34,175 nt of DNA from Campylobacterota bacterium (GTDB lineage: Bacteria > Campylobacterota > Campylobacteria > Campylobacterales > Sulfurimonadaceae), in contig JAYEKO010000069.1 of NCBI GenBank assembly GCA_034661055.1, positions 1 through 34,175 of the forward strand, read 5' to 3'. The notes beneath the pieces were generated by a model, which was not told where the DNA came from, made no database searches, and saw nothing but the letters and a program-made list of their open reading frames with translations. Shown in pieces: positions 1 through 7,920 of this stretch. The number at the start of each line of letters is the position of its first letter. Positions within the stretch are counted from its first letter, which is position 1. The translations under genes and the position numbers were made by a program.

Positions 1-249
1 CACCCATAGCTTTTAGCGCTTCATCAAGCATAAACTGGTTGAGTATTTTTTCTCTTTTACATGTAAACCCGGAGTGTCTACAAAAATAAGCTGATTCTCT
101 TTATGCATTACAATAGCATTAAGACGTTTACGCGTAGCATTAGCTTTTTGGCTTACTAGAGCAATTTTTTCCCCTAGTATCCAGTTCATTAAGGTACTTT
201 TACCAGCATTGGGACGCCCAACTAATGCCACAAAACCTGCTTTTGTCAT
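1..249 (-). CDS. era: GTPase Era, 5' part; apparent frameshift in an A-run, and gene runs off the window edge
   Basis: N-terminus [16 protein letters not shown] (G1) and DTPG (G3). After the A6 run (T46-51 on +) the Era-like sequence continues in another frame as [15 protein letters not shown]. Lies downstream of hslU as in Campylobacter. Confidence 0.93.
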
Positions 250-258
250 TTCTACTCC

Positions 259-1587
259 TCAGAGAATGTATCGTGATGTGTCTTCATCTTCTATAATAAG
301 ATCAAGCTTCTTGTGAACTAAGTCTGCATCGACAGTAACTTTTTCTCCACAGTATTTATCTGCATCAAAGCTAATATCTTCTAATACTTTTTCAAGTACA
401 GTGTGAAGACGTCTTGCTCCAATGTCTTCCGTCTTTTCATTAGTTCGTTGCGAAAGATGTGCCATGGCCTTAACGGCATCTTCACTGAACTCAAGCTGTA
501 CATCTTCCACACCTAAGAGTGCTTCATATTGACGTAAGAGTGAGTTTTTTGTTTGTGATAGAATTTTGTAAAGAACCTCTTCTGTAAGTGATTCTAGTTC
601 AACACGAAGTGGAAAGCGTCCTTGAAGTTCAGGAATTAGGTCACTCGGTTTTACCTTATGAAATGCTCCAGCGGCAATAAAGAGTATATGGTCAGTTTTA
701 ATGCTACCATATTTTGTATTTACAGTACTGCCCTCAACAATTGGGAGTAAGTCCCGCTGAACCCCTTCTTTACTCGGATCGTTGCGACCTTCACTTTTAG
801 AGCTTACAGCAATTTTGTCAATCTCATCTAAAAAGACAATTCCACCTTGTTCTGTTCGCTTGAGTGCTTCATTCTTAATAGCTTCCATATCTAGTAGTTT
901 TTCACTAGCTTCGTTTTTTAGGACTGTTTTAGCCTCTTTAACGCTAATCTCTTTTTTTCCGTTTTCTTTGTTAAAAGAGCTAAACATTTTGGAGAATGAC
1001 TCTTGAACATTTGCCATATCTGGTGACATATTAGTGTCATTGAACTCAATGCTCATTTTTGGCATCTCTATCTCAATTATTCTATCGTCCATTGCTCCTG
1101 AAAGAACCTTGTCTTTCATGCGTTCTTTAGAAGCTTTGTACTCCTCTTTTTTGTTGTCATTACTCAAAGATGGAAGAGGAGGTAGTAGCTTTTCAACAAT
1201 ACTGTTTAAGACATAATCGTTAATAGCGTCAGTGTTTTTTTCTCGATATTCATCTTTTACTATACCAATAGAAGTTATAACCAAATCACGAATCATGGAC
1301 TCAACATCACGTCCGACAAAACCTACTTCAGTAAATTTAGAAGCTTCTACTTTAATAAATGGTAAGTTCATCATCTTGGCAAGTCGTCTGGAGATTTCAG
1401 TTTTACCGACACCAGTAGAACCAATCATTAAAATATTTTTTGGCATAATCTCATCTTGAAGCTCTTGAGTGAGCTGCATGCGTCTATATCGATTTCTAAG
1501 CGCCAGAGCAATAGTCTTTTTAGCATCCTCTTGGCCAATAATATATTCATCAAGATAGGTGACGGTATCTCTAGGGATCATATTCAT
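259..1587 (-). CDS. hslU: ATP-dependent protease ATPase subunit HslU
   Basis: PKNILMIGSTGVGKTEI Walker A, FTEVGFVGRDV, FLDEIDK Walker B, GVQRDLLP, ELQGRFP, C-terminal RYIL; adjacent to hslV. Confidence 0.98.
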   Translation of the reverse strand: MNMIPRDTVTYLDEYIIGQEDAKKTIALALRNRYRRMQLTQELQDEIMPKNILMIGSTGVGKTEISRRLAKMMNLPFIKVEASKFTEVGFVGRDVESMIRDLVITSIGIVKDEYREKNTDAINDYVLNSIVEKLLPPLPSLSNDNKKEEYKASKERMKDKVLSGAMDDRIIEIEMPKMSIEFNDTNMSPDMANVQESFSKMFSSFNKENGKKEISVKEAKTVLKNEASEKLLDMEAIKNEALKRTEQGGIVFLDEIDKIAVSSKSEGRNDPSKEGVQRDLLPIVEGSTVNTKYGSIKTDHILFIAAGAFHKVKPSDLIPELQGRFPLRVELESLTEEVLYKILSQTKNSLLRQYEALLGVEDVQLEFSEDAVKAMAHLSQRTNEKTEDIGARRLHTVLEKVLEDISFDADKYCGEKVTVDADLVHKKLDLIIEDEDTSRYIL

Positions 1588-2126
1588 TACATTCTCTCCA
1601 ATACGAGCGTTTTAATTTCATGATTGGTATAAATACATAGATCAGCCGCTACATGTAAACTCTCTTTAACGAGTGCCTCTTCATCAATATCTGCATGTTT
1701 GTTGAGGGCTCTAGCTGCTGCAATAGCAAAATTACCACCACTTCCAATAGAAGCAATGGCACCATCTTCTGGTTCTACAACATCACCGGTTCCCGTAAGA
1801 ATAAAAATATGCTCAGTATTAAGAACAATCATCATTGCTTCAAGACGGCGAAGTACTTTGTCTTTTCGCCATGCTTTTGAAAACTCAATAACTGATTTCA
1901 TTAAGTCACCATGCTGCTGCTCAAGGTAGTCTTCAAACATATCAAATAGATTAAAGGCATCTGCAGTAGAGCCTGCAAAACCAGCTAATATTTTGCCATG
2001 ATGCAGACGTCTTATTTTTGTTGCGTTGTTTTTTAAAACGGTGTTTCCAAAAGAGACTTGACCGTCACCTCCTATAACAGCTCTGTTTTTACCCTTAAAA
2101 GCTAATATAGTTGTTGCGTCAAACAT
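1587..2126 (-). CDS. hslV: ATP-dependent protease peptidase subunit HslV
   Basis: MFDATTIL (catalytic Thr after a short propeptide), [25 protein letters not shown] motifs. Confidence 0.98.
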   Translation of the reverse strand: MFDATTILAFKGKNRAVIGGDGQVSFGNTVLKNNATKIRRLHHGKILAGFAGSTADAFNLFDMFEDYLEQQHGDLMKSVIEFSKAWRKDKVLRRLEAMMIVLNTEHIFILTGTGDVVEPEDGAIASIGSGGNFAIAAARALNKHADIDEEALVKESLHVAADLCIYTNHEIKTLVLERM

Positions 2127-2572
2127 TACTCTCCCTTAACTTCTACATGTAATGTGGCATGAATACCGTGACCAAGCTTAAGATCAAGATTATGCATTCC
2201 TGTCATCTTAATAGCTTCTTTGTGGTTAATGTGCTTTTTATCAATCTCAATGCCGTGTTGATCTTTTAGAGCATGAGCAATCTCTTCTTTAGTAACTGAG
2301 CCAAAAAGATGACCTGTGTTACCAAGTTTTTTGCTAATATCGATTTGAAGCTTATCAAGTTTTTTAGAAAGAGCATTCATATCTTCTATTTCAGTAGCTT
2401 CAGCTTCAGCTTTTTTTCTTTGAGTGGCATTGTGTTTATTGATAACTTCATTAGTTGCATGTTTAGCAAAGCCTTTTCCAATTAAAAAGTTCTGACCATA
2501 GCCATCTTTAACCTCTTTAATCTCACCTGCTTTTCCAAGCCCTTTTACATCTTTAATTAATAATACTTTCAT
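2126..2572 (-). CDS. rplI: 50S ribosomal protein L9
   Basis: [31 protein letters not shown] and LFGSVT signatures. Confidence 0.98.
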   Translation of the reverse strand: MKVLLIKDVKGLGKAGEIKEVKDGYGQNFLIGKGFAKHATNEVINKHNATQRKKAEAEATEIEDMNALSKKLDKLQIDISKKLGNTGHLFGSVTKEEIAHALKDQHGIEIDKKHINHKEAIKMTGMHNLDLKLGHGIHATLHVEVKGE

Positions 2573-2583
2573 AACTGTCCTAT

Positions 2584-3321
2584 TTATCTAACTATTTCGC
2601 CACTGAATGAGACGATACCGTGTACTAAGTTACCCACTTTTTTGTAGCCTAAGTCGTGCATCATTCTTTGACAGTGTGAACTACGACTTCCTACATGGCA
2701 GTAAAGAATGATATTTTCTTCTTTATCCAATTCTGCTTCATCAAGTGTATTAAAGAAGCTACTTGTCGGAACAAGTATATCTGCACCTTTTATACGTCCC
2801 ATCTGCCACTCCATATGCTCACGCACATCAACAAGTTTAAAATCAACCATTCCTAACTCTCTAGCTTCAATTAAAGCAGCAATTTCATCGCCATCTAGAT
2901 CTTCTTGAGTTAAAAGAATATCGCACTCTTCTTGGCTTAAGCCACGAGAATGGGTATGCACTACCTCTTCCATGCCAAGTTCAATACGTTTTGCGGCAGC
3001 AAATTCTGGTGTACAGAAGATTCCACAGTGACAAGCACCTATTTCAGGAATCTCTTTTTCAATTGCTGGTTTACAAGGACATACTCTGTCATCAACACTT
3101 TTAGGTTTATCACCAGTGTCGTCAACCATAAAACATGGACAGAAACGTTTACCATACATCATTTTGTAACGTGCCAGACCCATCTGGACACCTTCGTTAA
3201 CTTCTACTTGTGGGTTATATTCCCAACCAAATTGTTTATTGACTTTATCAGTAAACTTAACTGTTTTTTCCATCTCAGCCTGAAACTCAGGTGAATTCAT
3301 ATCTATTTTGATCATGCTCAT
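2584..3321 (-). CDS. Ferredoxin:thioredoxin reductase catalytic-subunit domain fused to a C-terminal rhodanese domain
   Basis: N-half has CPC...CPC...CHC (FTR catalytic 4Fe-4S/disulfide signature); C-half has LVDVRE, GRIKGA and the YCHVGSRS rhodanese active-site loop. Confidence 0.88.
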   Translation of the reverse strand: MSMIKIDMNSPEFQAEMEKTVKFTDKVNKQFGWEYNPQVEVNEGVQMGLARYKMMYGKRFCPCFMVDDTGDKPKSVDDRVCPCKPAIEKEIPEIGACHCGIFCTPEFAAAKRIELGMEEVVHTHSRGLSQEECDILLTQEDLDGDEIAALIEARELGMVDFKLVDVREHMEWQMGRIKGADILVPTSSFFNTLDEAELDKEENIILYCHVGSRSSHCQRMMHDLGYKKVGNLVHGIVSFSGEIVR

Positions 3322-3337
3322 TATTAGTCCTTATAAT

Positions 3338-4552
3338 TTATTTTTTTCTAGCTTTACCTTCGATAATAAATCGAAGGGCATTAAGTTTAATAAAACCTTC
3401 TGCATCTTTTTGATCGTAGACTTCATCTTCTTCAAAAGTTGAATACTCTTCGTTAAAGAGTGACATTTCCGAACTGCGGCCTACTACCATAACACTACCT
3501 TTGTAGAGTTTTAGACGTACACTTCCGTTTACAAACTCTTGAGAGTTGTCTATGGCAGCTTGAAGCATCTCTCGTTCTGGTGCAAACCAAAAACCGTTGT
3601 AAATAAGTTTTGCGTAACGTGGCATCATCTCATCTTTAAGGTGTGCCGCTTCACGGTCTAGTGTAATCGACTCGATAGCACGGTGTGCTTTTAGCATGAT
3701 AGTTCCACCTGGAGTCTCATAACAGCCACGAGCTTTCATGCCGACAAAACGATTCTCTACAATATCGACACGTCCAATTCCATGTTTTCCACCAAGTTCA
3801 TTTAAGGTCTTAAGCATAGTAGCAGGGCTTAACTCTTTACCATTTAATGCAACGGGGTCACCATTTTTATAGTCAATAGTAATATATTCTGCTTCATCTG
3901 GCGCACTCTGTGGTGAGTTGGACCATAACCACATGTCCTCTTCAGGCTCTGCACTTGGGTCTTCTAAGATTCCACCTTCATATGAGATGTGTAGTAGGTT
4001 GGCATCCATAGAGTAGGGTGATTTCTTACCTTTTTTCTCAATTGGAATACCGTGCTCTTGAGCATAGGCAAGAAGTTTCTCTCGAGAGTTTAAGTCCCAC
4101 TCTCTCCAAGGAGCAATAATTGTAAGTGTTGAGTCTTGACCTAGATAGCCCATCTCAAAACGAACTTGATCATTTCCTTTACCAGTAGCGCCATGACTAA
4201 CACCATCAGCACCAGTAAGATGTGCAATTTCAGCTTGCCTTTTTGCAATTAGTGGTCGAGCAATAGAGGTACCTAAAAGATATTCACCCTCATAAATTGC
4301 ATTGGCACGAAACATTGGAAATACAAAATCTTTTACAAACTCTTCACGAAGGTCATCTATAAAAATATTTTCAGGCTTGATTCCAAATTCTAAGGCTTTA
4401 GCGCGAGCTGGTTCAAGCTCTTCTCCTTGACCTAAGTCTGCTGTAAAAGTTACCACTTCACACTGGTACTCATCTTGTAGCCATTTTAGGATAATACTGG
4501 TATCAAGTCCACCAGAATAGGCTAAAACAACTTTTTTTACTTCTTTTTTCAT
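3338..4552 (-). CDS. argG: Argininosuccinate synthase (start moved to MKKEVKK)
   Basis: [50 protein letters not shown] precedes the ATG at 4552. Confidence 0.98.
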   Translation of the reverse strand: MKKEVKKVVLAYSGGLDTSIILKWLQDEYQCEVVTFTADLGQGEELEPARAKALEFGIKPENIFIDDLREEFVKDFVFPMFRANAIYEGEYLLGTSIARPLIAKRQAEIAHLTGADGVSHGATGKGNDQVRFEMGYLGQDSTLTIIAPWREWDLNSREKLLAYAQEHGIPIEKKGKKSPYSMDANLLHISYEGGILEDPSAEPEEDMWLWSNSPQSAPDEAEYITIDYKNGDPVALNGKELSPATMLKTLNELGGKHGIGRVDIVENRFVGMKARGCYETPGGTIMLKAHRAIESITLDREAAHLKDEMMPRYAKLIYNGFWFAPEREMLQAAIDNSQEFVNGSVRLKLYKGSVMVVGRSSEMSLFNEEYSTFEEDEVYDQKDAEGFIKLNALRFIIEGKARKK

Positions 4553-4596
4553 TCTGTTCCTTATGGTATGAGGCATAAACTATAATAATTGACGCG

Positions 4597-4605
4597 ATTA
4601 TAGCA
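4597..4605 (-). promoter_or_regulatory. Extended -10 sigma70 promoter (TGCTATAAT) for the argG operon
   Basis: Perfect TGnTATAAT about 45 bp upstream of the argG start, with a T-tract upstream as is typical of Campylobacterota promoters. Confidence 0.7.
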
Positions 4606-4651
4606 AAAAAAGTTTAGAGAAAAGATAAAGCAGATTTACATGTAGATTTTT

Positions 4652-4906
4652 TTAAGTACTGACATCTAGTTTTGAAGATTTTGAGGTGTTCATAGAGGCA
4701 AAGTAGTCTCTATTTTGCTTAATTTGTGACAGTGTCTGAGCTGTCTCATCTTTGAACTGGCTAATAAGCTCAAGGGCTTGAGCTAATAAATACTGTGCCT
4801 CTTTCATCTGAGATGTACTCTTAAAAGTAGGTATTTCATCTAAGAGTTTAGAGATCGAGTCACTATTTTGCTGTGCTAAAGCAATCTTAAACTGTTGGAG
4901 CCACAT
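4652..4906 (-). CDS. Small helical flagellar-operon protein (position of Cj0550/FliT-like)
   Basis: Overlaps the fliS 3' end; helical, Gln/Leu-rich; probable start MWLQQF at 4906; positional homology to the gene after fliS in Campylobacter/Helicobacter. Confidence 0.6.
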   Translation of the reverse strand: MWLQQFKIALAQQNSDSISKLLDEIPTFKSTSQMKEAQYLLAQALELISQFKDETAQTLSQIKQNRDYFASMNTSKSSKLDVST

Positions 4907-5264
4907 AAGTTGTCTCTCTCCATGCCTCAAGAAGACCTTTAACGACGCCGTTTACTTCATCAATTTTTTCGGTATTATTTTTCAAATTAGCCTCAAGAAG
5001 TAATTCAAGTTGATAGTTATAGAGACCATTAAGATAGTGTGCTATATCACCACCAGAATAATCCAAAGTTGAAATAAGTTCTACAAAAATTGCCATAGAG
5101 CGATTAATCCAGTACGATCTCTTCTCAATATTTTCTGATTTAATTGCCATAATTGCACGTGTGTTAAATCGTAAAATACCTTCATAGAGCATCTCTATAA
5201 GCTTTTCTGGTGACTCTATCGCCGCATTATTTTGTGCGTACGTATCATATGCTAAATTATTCAT
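4887..5264 (-). CDS. fliS: Flagellar export chaperone FliS
   Basis: AYDTY...ESPEKLIEMLYEG...GGDIAHYLNGLY...LLEAW; start MNNLAY at 5264 with GGGA RBS. Confidence 0.95.
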   Translation of the reverse strand: MNNLAYDTYAQNNAAIESPEKLIEMLYEGILRFNTRAIMAIKSENIEKRSYWINRSMAIFVELISTLDYSGGDIAHYLNGLYNYQLELLLEANLKNNTEKIDEVNGVVKGLLEAWRETTYVAPTV

Positions 5265-5316
5265 TTTGTCCCTTTCTTTCATCGCTTTTTTTCCTCTCAC
5301 TTAAGTAAGAATCAGC

Positions 5317-5706
5317 TTAGCCTTTTTGATCGAACATTAAGCCATTGACTTCTTGTATTTTTGGTAGAAATGTGACTGCTTGTTCTGCTGGAAAACGACT
5401 TATTAACTTATTTGTTTTAGATTCAATTACAGATACAAAAAAATCTTCAGAAGAGTTGTCAAATCCAAACTTTAAAGACGTTCTAAATGGACTAATCGCA
5501 TCATTGAGTTCTTTAACAAGCTGTGATACATCTTTTTCACTATCAATCGATTTAACCTCAGTTTGAGAATCTAACTTCTCCTGCTTTACTTCAGCTTTTT
5601 GAATCGCTTCAGCTTGATGCTGCTGCATCTGCACCGCACTTGTCTCTGCTTTAACAGGATTTGCCTGAGTATTTTGCATCTTTGCTACATTTTGCATAAG
5701 TTCCAT
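5317..5706 (-). CDS. flaG: Flagellar protein FlaG
   Basis: C-terminal ELN...LKFGFD...VSVIE...LISRFP...GLMFDQKG FlaG pattern; next to fliS; sigma28 promoter upstream. Confidence 0.88.
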   Translation of the reverse strand: MELMQNVAKMQNTQANPVKAETSAVQMQQHQAEAIQKAEVKQEKLDSQTEVKSIDSEKDVSQLVKELNDAISPFRTSLKFGFDNSSEDFFVSVIESKTNKLISRFPAEQAVTFLPKIQEVNGLMFDQKG

Positions 5707-5740
5707 AATAACCCCTTTCTAAAAGTAACTTGTATCCCTA

Positions 5741-5767
5741 TAATCGGCTAAGAAAAAAATTACTTAA
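5741..5767 (-). promoter_or_regulatory. Sigma28 (FliA) promoter
   Basis: Minus strand TTAA-N15-GCCGATTA vs consensus TAAA-N15-GCCGATAA, 35 bp upstream of flaG. Confidence 0.85.
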
Positions 5768-5812
5768 ACCTTTTTTGTATAAATATTAACTTATTTAGAT
5801 ACTCTTTCATCT

Positions 5813-7039
5813 ATGCAACGCTATTTAGAACTTTTAAAACAAGAGAAGGTCTTAGCAAGGCTCTCAACAATTCAGCTTATTGCCTATTTTGGTGCGTGGT
5901 TTAGCAATGTCGCCATATATACACTGCTGTTAGATTTAGGGGTATCAGCTTCAGTTATTGCTATTACCGCAGCACTTCACTTCTTACCTGGAGTATTACA
6001 AGCACCTTTTAGTGGTGTTCTAATTGATAGATTTCATCCTAAAAAAATGATGTTAGTCATGTTGATAATTGAGATTGTTGCCACATTTTCACTCATATTT
6101 ATTACAGATATCTCTGAGATGATACTACTGTTTTTTCTTATTGTTGTGCGTATGGGAGCATCGAGTTTTTACTTTACACTAGAGATGGCTCTGCTTCCAA
6201 AAATTTTACATGTAAAAAAATTGCAACTTGCTAATGAGATACACTCTATTATATGGTCTATTTCATACACACTAGGTATGGCAATTAGTGGTTTTGTAGT
6301 CTATAAGGTAGGTGTTAAAATAGCATTTATTTTAGATGCTATGCTTTTTGTCATTGCATTTTTGATGTTGATTGGACTTAGTATTGATGTGAAGCAGAAT
6401 CCACAACATGAAAAAGTATTTGCAATGCTACTAGATACATTTACCTATATAAAAAGAGATGCTAAGGTGTTTTATCTACTAATTCTTCACGCTATTGTAG
6501 GTTTTACTGCATTTGATGCTTTAGTTGCACTAATGGTGAATGAGTATTATAGTCATATTATTGCCACATCCTTGGCCATTGGTATGCTTCATGCCTCACG
6601 AGCACTTGGACTGGTTATTGGGCCTGTTATTATTGGTAAGTATGTTAATAATAAAAACTTAGCATATCTCTTTTGGTTTCAAGCTATCGCAGTGATTATC
6701 TGGGGTATGGTGATGAAAGATTTCTATCTTTCACTTATGGCATCACTGCTGGTTGGTCTGTGCACAACAACACTTTGGTCCTATACTTATACGATTTTAC
6801 AACATCATACCGATGAGAAGTATTATGGAAGAGTGGTGGCTTATAACGACATGCTTTTTTTATTGACCGCTGCACTTATTTCTATGTTAATCGGTTGGCT
6901 AGCTGAACTTAACTTCTCTCTAGATGTAATTACATATATATTAGGCTCACTTTTCATTTTTGGCGCTTTGTATTATCACTGGTTATATGGTAATTTTGAA
7001 CTCAAAGAGATTGATGGCACCTCTAAAAACCCTAAATAG
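5813..7039 (+). CDS. Major facilitator superfamily transporter
   Basis: 408 aa, about 12 hydrophobic segments, motif A SGVLIDRFHPKK, and YYGRV in the C-terminal half. Confidence 0.9.
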   Translation: MQRYLELLKQEKVLARLSTIQLIAYFGAWFSNVAIYTLLLDLGVSASVIAITAALHFLPGVLQAPFSGVLIDRFHPKKMMLVMLIIEIVATFSLIFITDISEMILLFFLIVVRMGASSFYFTLEMALLPKILHVKKLQLANEIHSIIWSISYTLGMAISGFVVYKVGVKIAFILDAMLFVIAFLMLIGLSIDVKQNPQHEKVFAMLLDTFTYIKRDAKVFYLLILHAIVGFTAFDALVALMVNEYYSHIIATSLAIGMLHASRALGLVIGPVIIGKYVNNKNLAYLFWFQAIAVIIWGMVMKDFYLSLMASLLVGLCTTTLWSYTYTILQHHTDEKYYGRVVAYNDMLFLLTAALISMLIGWLAELNFSLDVITYILGSLFIFGALYYHWLYGNFELKEIDGTSKNPK

Positions 7040-7069
7040 CTGAGGCTGTTTAGGGTTTTTAGAGGTGCC
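7016..7069. repeat. 54-bp palindromic element (25-bp arms, 4-nt loop); MITE/REP-like and/or terminator
   Basis: GGCACCTCTAAAAACCCTAAATAGC-TGAG-GCTGTTTAGGGTTTTTAGAGGTGCC, 24/25 paired with one T-G wobble. Confidence 0.9.
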
Positions 7070-7093
7070 CATAATTAAAGATTAGGATAATTG

Positions 7094-7375
7094 ATGACAT
7101 ATAAGGCACAAGGTTACGAAATAGATTTAAGCAAAACAACACGACTCTATCCTGCTGTTACTATTAATGCAGGTGGTGAAACAGCACAAGTCTCATTGGA
7201 GTGGGCTGAGTTAAAGCATGATGTTATAGAAGTGGTCTCATACGTTTTAGTATTTGATGTTGATCCCTTAGAAGAAGTACCAAAAAATAGGATTGAGTTA
7301 AACTTTAAGAGTCGAGACGCTCTAATTGAAGCGATGCAGGAAGTTTCAGATATTATTAAAGGTGCCCTTAATTAG
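7094..7375 (+). CDS. Hypothetical protein (93 aa)
   Basis: AGGA RBS at 7084-7087, ATG 7094, protein-like composition; no family recognised. Confidence 0.7.
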   Translation: MTYKAQGYEIDLSKTTRLYPAVTINAGGETAQVSLEWAELKHDVIEVVSYVLVFDVDPLEEVPKNRIELNFKSRDALIEAMQEVSDIIKGALN

Positions 7376-7381
7376 GTGACG

Positions 7382-7795
7382 TTATTCCATATCTAAGAGT
7401 TTTTTATATTCAACTTCAATCTTGCGTAACTTTTTAGGGTCAGGCATTTTTCTTGATGCGATATAACCAGTGATGACTCCGTCATCATCTAGTTTAGGGA
7501 CAATATGGACGATAACCCAGTAGTATTTGCCATCTTTACGTAAGTTTTTGACATAACCTTCCCATATCTTGCCGCTTTGTACGGTGTCCCACATCTGTTT
7601 AAAGCCGGCTTTTGGCATATCTGGGTGACGTAAAATACTGTGAGGCTGTCCTACAGCTTCCTCTTTTGAGTAGCCGGTCATCTCTACAAATTTACGGTTA
7701 ACATATGTAATTACTCCCTTAGTATCTGTTTCTGAAATAAGGCTTCTGCCATTAAATAAGACCTCTTCATTAACGGGCTGGGGACGTTTTATCAT
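7382..7795 (-). CDS. Stand-alone PAS-domain protein (Aer/CetB-like aerotaxis sensor)
   Basis: ISETDTKGVITYVN...GYSKEE...GQPHSILRHPDMP...MW...WEGYVKNLRKDGKYYWV is the Aer-type FAD-binding PAS signature. Confidence 0.88.
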   Translation of the reverse strand: MIKRPQPVNEEVLFNGRSLISETDTKGVITYVNRKFVEMTGYSKEEAVGQPHSILRHPDMPKAGFKQMWDTVQSGKIWEGYVKNLRKDGKYYWVIVHIVPKLDDDGVITGYIASRKMPDPKKLRKIEVEYKKLLDME

Positions 7796-7826
7796 CTCTA
7801 TCCTAGATTATAAATTTTATTTTAAA

Positions 7827-7835
7827 ATTATAGCA
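7827..7835 (-). promoter_or_regulatory. Extended -10 promoter for the PAS gene
   Basis: TGCTATAAT on the minus strand 32 bp upstream of the start. Confidence 0.6.
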
Positions 7836-7881
7836 TATTCTGACATAATGATGACACTTTTATCGAAAATAACTATTTTTT

Positions 7882-7890
7882 TGCTATAAT
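7882..7890 (+). promoter_or_regulatory. Extended -10 promoter for the mutS7 operon (divergent from the PAS promoter)
   Basis: TGCTATAAT preceded by a T-tract, 30 bp upstream of ATG 7921. Confidence 0.7.
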
Positions 7891-7920
7891 CACTGTAAAA
7901 AAAGTAGTGAAACTGTCTGA

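Noticed and set aside
782..3294. Short plus-strand ORFs (782, 1034, 1232, 1695, 1699, 2708, 2950)
   Set aside because: Antisense shadows of hslU, hslV and the FTR-rhodanese gene; Ser/Ile-rich, no RBS or recognisable motif
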